Shown piece after piece: positions 37,004 through 41,617 of a stretch of 41,617 nucleotides of DNA. The notes below the pieces were generated by a model. It was not told where the DNA came from. It saw only the letters and a list, made by a program, of their open reading frames with translations, and did no database searches. Source of the stretch: Candidatus Delongbacteria bacterium (GTDB lineage Bacteria; UBA4055). The DNA is taken from contig JAFGVM010000053.1 of NCBI GenBank assembly GCA_016937995.1, positions 1 through 41,617 on the forward strand, in the 5' to 3' direction. Both the position numbers and the translations under genes were made by a program. Within the stretch, counting starts at the first letter, position 1; each line of letters begins with the position of its first letter.

Positions 37004-37396
37004 ATGAAAATAGAAGATGATAAATATTGTTTTGTATGCGGTGATCAGAATGAGATCGGGTTACATGGGAATTTTAAAGTAAACGATGACAATTCAGCTA
37101 CTGCAAAGATAAAGATACCCCAAAATTTTCAAGGTTGGAAAAACATTGTTCACGGTGGAATAATTTCAACCTTACTAGATGAAGTAAGTATCTATGCCTG
37201 TAGAAATATTACACTGAAAGGTGTTACTGCTGAGATAAAAGTGAAATTCAGAAAACCTGTTCCAACAGAGGTAGAGATCACGCTTCAAGCAAAAGTTGTA
37301 GAGAATAAAAGAAAACTTATTATGGTTGAAGCAGAATTGCTCTGCGAAGACATAGTTTATGCATCGGCAGAGACAAAGATATTTAATCTAGAGTAA
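37004..37396 (+). CDS. PaaI family (hotdog-fold) thioesterase
   Basis: CFVCG..N..GL, FQGW..IVHGGIISTLLDE and TAEIKVKFRKPVP motifs. Confidence 0.92.
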   Translation: MKIEDDKYCFVCGDQNEIGLHGNFKVNDDNSATAKIKIPQNFQGWKNIVHGGIISTLLDEVSIYACRNITLKGVTAEIKVKFRKPVPTEVEITLQAKVVENKRKLIMVEAELLCEDIVYASAETKIFNLE

Positions 37397-37398
37397 AG

Positions 37399-37426
37399 AA
37401 AAAGCCCGGTTTAACCGGGCTTTTTT
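37399..37426. terminator. Bidirectional terminator
   Basis: AAAAAGCCCGGT-TTA-ACCGGGCTTTTTT. Confidence 0.88.
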
Positions 37427-37429
37427 ATT

Positions 37430-39937
37430 TTAAGGCTTTTTAATTTCGATCGTTTGCGGGATCCCTTTTGATCTTAAAGTATCAATCGCTGTTACCGTAA
37501 AGAACCACCTTGGATCGATCCCTACTGATTTATCCCAGTGGAATGTATTAGAGTCATTTGTCCACTCAAGGTTAAAAGTTCCATATGGCTCGGTTGAGGA
37601 ATAGATCGCATAATTTGTAGCTCTTTCTACCGGCCACCATGAGATCCAGTAAATATTTCCATCCCATTCATAACTGTACCACTCAGGAGAAGGCAGATAA
37701 TAAGGGATCGATCCTTCGTAAGCACCCATATCTTTATTTCCGTTTATTATCGCTACACCTCTCTGATCAAGCAATGGAGCACCGTTATAATCACTTGTAC
37801 CGGCTCCGATCGGTATTGCATCTATAGCAGGACTGCCTTCCATCAGCGGAAATGTCAGTATTCCGCCGCCGTTGTCGGAAAGTTCACCGAGCAGACAATC
37901 TTCAACATTCTGGTTGTACTGACCCAGTATTCCGATCGTCTCATCATTACAAACTGTACAATTTCTGTCTATAACTACTACACCGCTCTCATTATTGCCG
38001 ATATCGTTTATAACTGAATTTTGAAGACTGACATTGTAATCACAGTTGAATCCGCTTGTATCGTAAACTATAAAACTTCCCTGATTGCTGTGATCTTCGT
38101 TATAGCCTGAAGTGATAGCATTGATATTCAGGTTCAGTGTACTTGAGTATGCTTCGCTTATTGTGTAAACACTGGCGTAGATCACGCCTCCACCGTTCTC
38201 CGCGGCATTTTGCGCAAAAGTAGAATTCGTCAGATTTACCGTGATCTCTTTGTTCATCACATCAAGATACATCGCGCCACCGAAATTTGAGCTGTAGTTG
38301 GAATATATCGTAGAATATGAAATATTCAGCAGGTCACCTTCGAAATAGATAGCTCCACCATTCTGGAAGTCAGGAGTAGAGCAGTTGTTTATCATAACTC
38401 TTTCAAGGGTAAGATCTCCTCTGGCCTGTATAGATCCTCCTGCACCGTCGTATCCGTTCTGTAGAGAAATATCATACAATTCCAGGCTTGAATCTTCAAG
38501 TATAAGGAAAAGTCTTGATTCTGCTGTCTGGCCGTCCGGACACGCTTTTAGAAAAGTCTGATCAGCACCTTGACCCCGGATAATATAATTTTTATCTGAC
38601 GTCTGGCCTAAAACATAACCGTTCGCTACAGCCACATTTACATTAGGATCATCGCTCATGTAAAACGTACCTGTCATATCAACGATATCACCTTCATAGT
38701 AGTAACCTAATGCTTTTGAAAGATTTGCCCACGGTGAATTTTGAGAACCGTCCCCGGTGTCGTCGTCTCCGGTCCTGCTGTTAAGATAGAAAGTAACGAA
38801 CTGGTCGAATTCGTATGCACCTGCATCTTTATTACTTCCTCTGCTTATCCCCACACCTCTCTGATCGGTAAGCGGGGCTCCGTTATAAGCAGTACCTCCT
38901 TCGGGTATAGAATTGATCACTTTACTGCCGTATTGAGTCGCGTGAGTCATGGTCTGCCCACCATTGTCGGCAAGAGGTTCGAGCATGGGATCCACACTGT
39001 TGTAATATGAATTTGTAGTCGGCAGCGTTTCGTCACTGCTGAAAGTAAATGATCTGACAAGGTTAACAGTCCCACCGCTTGAAGTGTTCTCATTGTAGTT
39101 GTAAGAATTGTTGAATACTGAATTTCTTATGTCCAGATCTACAAGTGCAGTATAGGTTGAAGGTTCAGCAGTAATACAGTTCAAACCATCACCTGCAGAA
39201 CTTCCTGTCGTATTTTCAGCCACCGTACAGCTGTTCATGGTAAAATCAATAGTGACATTGCGACTGTTCGCAGCAGCAAACAGGAAAATACCGCCCCCGC
39301 TGTTGTTATTTACTGTGTTGCCGGAAACTGTCGTGTTTATCATTGTAATGCTTTGAAGAGATGAATATAATCCCTGACTGTAAAGAGCGCCGCCGTATTC
39401 ACCTGCAGTATTGTCATGTATTGTAACACGGTTGAAAGTAAGATTTCCGTAATTGAATATTGCTCCGCCATAGTCAGTGCACTGATTGTTTGAGATATTC
39501 ACATCGATCAGATTAAGAACATGCCAGTTTATAATAGCTCCGCCGTTACCTGCTGACACACCGTTCTCAATAGACATATTCATCATCTTAACTGCAGAAC
39601 CGATATTTACTTTGAATACCCTGTACGCAGCTGTAGCGGGATTCAGGTGTGCTTTAACAAAAGTACTTTTAGCTCCTTCGCCGATAAAGGTCAGGCTTTT
39701 TGTGATCTCGATCCCGTTTGACGTGACTCCAGGGTCCTGGCCGAGATAAAATGTGCCTGAAAGCATTAGAGTGTCACCCGCAGCAGCCTGTGAAATTGCG
39801 TACGAAATGTGTTCCCACGGTCCCAGCTGGGTTCCGGGATGTACGTCACTGCCTTTAGCGCTGTCAACATAATAGGTTGCAGAGAATAAAGATACTGCTG
39901 CAAGCATCATAATTATAAGCAGGATCGGTTTTTTCAT
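37430..39937 (-). CDS. Secreted protein with two beta-helix + choice-of-anchor Q modules and a C-terminal FN3-like domain
   Basis: Signal peptide; two modules starting YYVD...PW / FYLN...PW, with GGAI repeats and ending L.DNGG..T......S..I....DQRG...D.GAYE. Confidence 0.85.
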   Translation of the reverse strand: MKKPILLIIMMLAAVSLFSATYYVDSAKGSDVHPGTQLGPWEHISYAISQAAAGDTLMLSGTFYLGQDPGVTSNGIEITKSLTFIGEGAKSTFVKAHLNPATAAYRVFKVNIGSAVKMMNMSIENGVSAGNGGAIINWHVLNLIDVNISNNQCTDYGGAIFNYGNLTFNRVTIHDNTAGEYGGALYSQGLYSSLQSITMINTTVSGNTVNNNSGGGIFLFAAANSRNVTIDFTMNSCTVAENTTGSSAGDGLNCITAEPSTYTALVDLDIRNSVFNNSYNYNENTSSGGTVNLVRSFTFSSDETLPTTNSYYNSVDPMLEPLADNGGQTMTHATQYGSKVINSIPEGGTAYNGAPLTDQRGVGISRGSNKDAGAYEFDQFVTFYLNSRTGDDDTGDGSQNSPWANLSKALGYYYEGDIVDMTGTFYMSDDPNVNVAVANGYVLGQTSDKNYIIRGQGADQTFLKACPDGQTAESRLFLILEDSSLELYDISLQNGYDGAGGSIQARGDLTLERVMINNCSTPDFQNGGAIYFEGDLLNISYSTIYSNYSSNFGGAMYLDVMNKEITVNLTNSTFAQNAAENGGGVIYASVYTISEAYSSTLNLNINAITSGYNEDHSNQGSFIVYDTSGFNCDYNVSLQNSVINDIGNNESGVVVIDRNCTVCNDETIGILGQYNQNVEDCLLGELSDNGGGILTFPLMEGSPAIDAIPIGAGTSDYNGAPLLDQRGVAIINGNKDMGAYEGSIPYYLPSPEWYSYEWDGNIYWISWWPVERATNYAIYSSTEPYGTFNLEWTNDSNTFHWDKSVGIDPRWFFTVTAIDTLRSKGIPQTIEIKKP

Positions 39938-41616
39938 TTTTTACTCCTGAATATTTTAAATTTTTTTAAATTTGAAATTTCTGATTTTGTTTCGTTATTT
40001 TTAGAATTGCTTGCAACAATGTAATAAAATACTTTGTTCTCAGTAATAGTTCCTGTCCAGCTGTTTGTAAAGACTGTGTCTTCGATATTGTAAGAATCAT
40101 ACGGGTCAGTTGATGAATAAATGATATAAGATGTTGCACCATTCACATTATTCCAATTCAGTGTAATTTCACCTGAATCGATCGAAGAAACAACATTTTG
40201 CGGAATTCCTAAAGTTTCAGAAATGAAACCTTCAAAAGCTCCAATATCTTTCATGTTGTTTATTATAGATATTCCCCTCTGATCAAGAAGAGGAGCGCTG
40301 TTCCAGTTTCCTGAGCCGGAACTGAACGAGATCGCATCAACTGCCGGACTGCCTTCTTTTAGAGCATGAGTAAAAGTTCTTCCTCCATTATCTGCAAGAG
40401 GGTACAGCATTATATCAACATTGTTCAGATTTCCGTTAACAGATCCGTCAGGCATACTGGTATCGTTACAAAGTGTAAATGATCTGGTAATATTCAGAGT
40501 TCCGGTATTGTCAGCGTAGTAAACTGTATTGAAGTTATCAAAGAGAGAATTTTTAACATTGAAATTCATTATGGCAGAATCATAATCGTCTTCCACATTT
40601 AAAAAACATAAAGTTTCAAAAGTATTTCCGACAATTGAACATGAATTCACATTTAAATTCAATTCAGTTGGTCCCTGGTTGCTACCGCCGATACAGTCTA
40701 TATAAAGTCCTGATCCGTAAGTATCTGTAGAATTACCAGAGATCGTACAGTTTTCAATACTGAGTGATTTCTCTGATGCGGAAGCATGGTATAAGTATAT
40801 TCCTCCCCCTTTACCGTTGCTGTGATTATTAAATATTGAACAGTTGATTATTGAAGCACTTAACATCGAATTAGCTCCTATAATATACAGACCTCCTCCA
40901 TCTCCTGTTGCGGAACATTCAGAAATGTTTACATTTTTAAGTGTCAGAGATCCACCGCTTAGTATTCCTCCTCCGGTGTTACCGGAATTACCATTCATTA
41001 TTGACATATCTTCAATTGTTGCATTATCAGAATATAAAGATATAACTCTGTGTTCAGATATTCCCGGATCGGGATTGGCTTTAATAAAAGTGACATCCGC
41101 TCCCTGTCCCTGAATGACAAGGTCATCATAAACACCAGCTCCAGTATAAATTGATACATCAGGATCTTCGTTCAATAAAAATGTTCCGGTAACATCAATC
41201 GTATCTCCGTCTATCAGCTCAGGATTGTTAACTGAATAGCAAATGTATTTCCACGGAGCAGATTCCGAACCATCATTAGAATTATCACCGGTGTCAATAT
41301 TGACGAAGAATCTTTTGTTCGTATTATACTCATAAGCTCCCATGTCTTTATCATCGTGGAATATGAGTTCCCCTCTCTGGTCATCAAGCGGAGCTCCGTT
41401 CCAGTCCCCGCTTCCGTCTGTAAAAGATATCGCGTTAATTACCGGGCTGTTCCTCATCAAAGCATGAGTCATTGTAAAACCGCCATTATCGCTCAGTAAT
41501 TCAAGCATAGGGTCAGTATTAGCTATATTCCCGTTTAGAGCTGCATCAGGAAGGCTGGAATCCGTACAGATATTATATGAAAATGCCTTCAATATTGTGC
41601 TTGAAATGGAATTCTC
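39934..41616 (-). CDS. Paralogous beta-helix/choice-of-anchor Q protein (5' end outside the window)
   Basis: Frame stays open to the window edge (ENSISSTILKAFS...); two choice-of-anchor Q motifs and GGG repeats; ATGA overlap with the next gene. Confidence 0.85.
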   Translation of the reverse strand, partial: ENSISSTILKAFSYNICTDSSLPDAALNGNIANTDPMLELLSDNGGFTMTHALMRNSPVINAISFTDGSGDWNGAPLDDQRGELIFHDDKDMGAYEYNTNKRFFVNIDTGDNSNDGSESAPWKYICYSVNNPELIDGDTIDVTGTFLLNEDPDVSIYTGAGVYDDLVIQGQGADVTFIKANPDPGISEHRVISLYSDNATIEDMSIMNGNSGNTGGGILSGGSLTLKNVNISECSATGDGGGLYIIGANSMLSASIINCSIFNNHSNGKGGGIYLYHASASEKSLSIENCTISGNSTDTYGSGLYIDCIGGSNQGPTELNLNVNSCSIVGNTFETLCFLNVEDDYDSAIMNFNVKNSLFDNFNTVYYADNTGTLNITRSFTLCNDTSMPDGSVNGNLNNVDIMLYPLADNGGRTFTHALKEGSPAVDAISFSSGSGNWNSAPLLDQRGISIINNMKDIGAFEGFISETLGIPQNVVSSIDSGEITLNWNNVNGATSYIIYSSTDPYDSYNIEDTVFTNSWTGTITENKVFYYIVASNSKNNETKSEISNLKKFKIFRSKK

Positions 41617-41617
41617 A

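Noticed and set aside
1239-41113. Many 60-150 aa ORFs antisense to or nested in long genes (e.g. 5043, 10848, 16342, 18135, 22636, 25271, 39486)
   Set aside because: They overlap well-supported genes, show no recognisable motifs, and are expected shadow ORFs.
41590-41592. TTG start for the last ORF
   Set aside because: The frame continues open to the window edge and the protein starts mid-module without a signal peptide.
1-41617. CRISPR array
   Set aside because: No regularly spaced identical repeats with unique spacers; the palindromes are dispersed and no cas genes are present.

Overview
AT-rich bacterial chromosomal window. It probably comes from an anaerobic FCB-superphylum lineage outside Bacteroidota, such as Delongbacteria or Cloacimonadota. 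This is inferred from a T9SS-type CTD protein, batD/batE and a group II GGGP synthase, alongside canonical TTGACA-17-TANNNT promoters and Shine-Dalgarno sites. The backbone carries a gingipain-like C25 peptidase, batD/batE, mce, asnS, an AOR-thiS-ppnP-thiF cluster, MATE, NUDIX, a TPR histidine kinase, DUF1846, a BtuF-like protein, pdxA, the SRP RNA (ffs), ackA, a GT9, a LysM lipoprotein, a GGGP synthase, a PaaI thioesterase and two beta-helix/choice-of-anchor-Q proteins. The main accessory feature is a ~7.04-kb integrated element (about 7042-14095) in the 3' end of a cNMP-binding protein gene, which it repairs with a synonymous copy of the last codons. It encodes a tyrosine integrase, an Xis-like HTH, a D5/SF3 helicase, a DnaG-like primase, two related small-terminase-like proteins and a self-contained lipoprotein cargo gene. 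No capsid, large terminase or relaxase is recognisable, so it is a candidate new phage-satellite type. Other signals are a shared non-T9SS C-terminal domain on three proteins, a Cys-rich DUF4295/bL38-like small protein, an SRP RNA with a UAGC tetraloop, a degenerate MltD-like protein and seven GTA(G)-type REP-like palindromes. All product calls come from motif recognition; no database searches were run.
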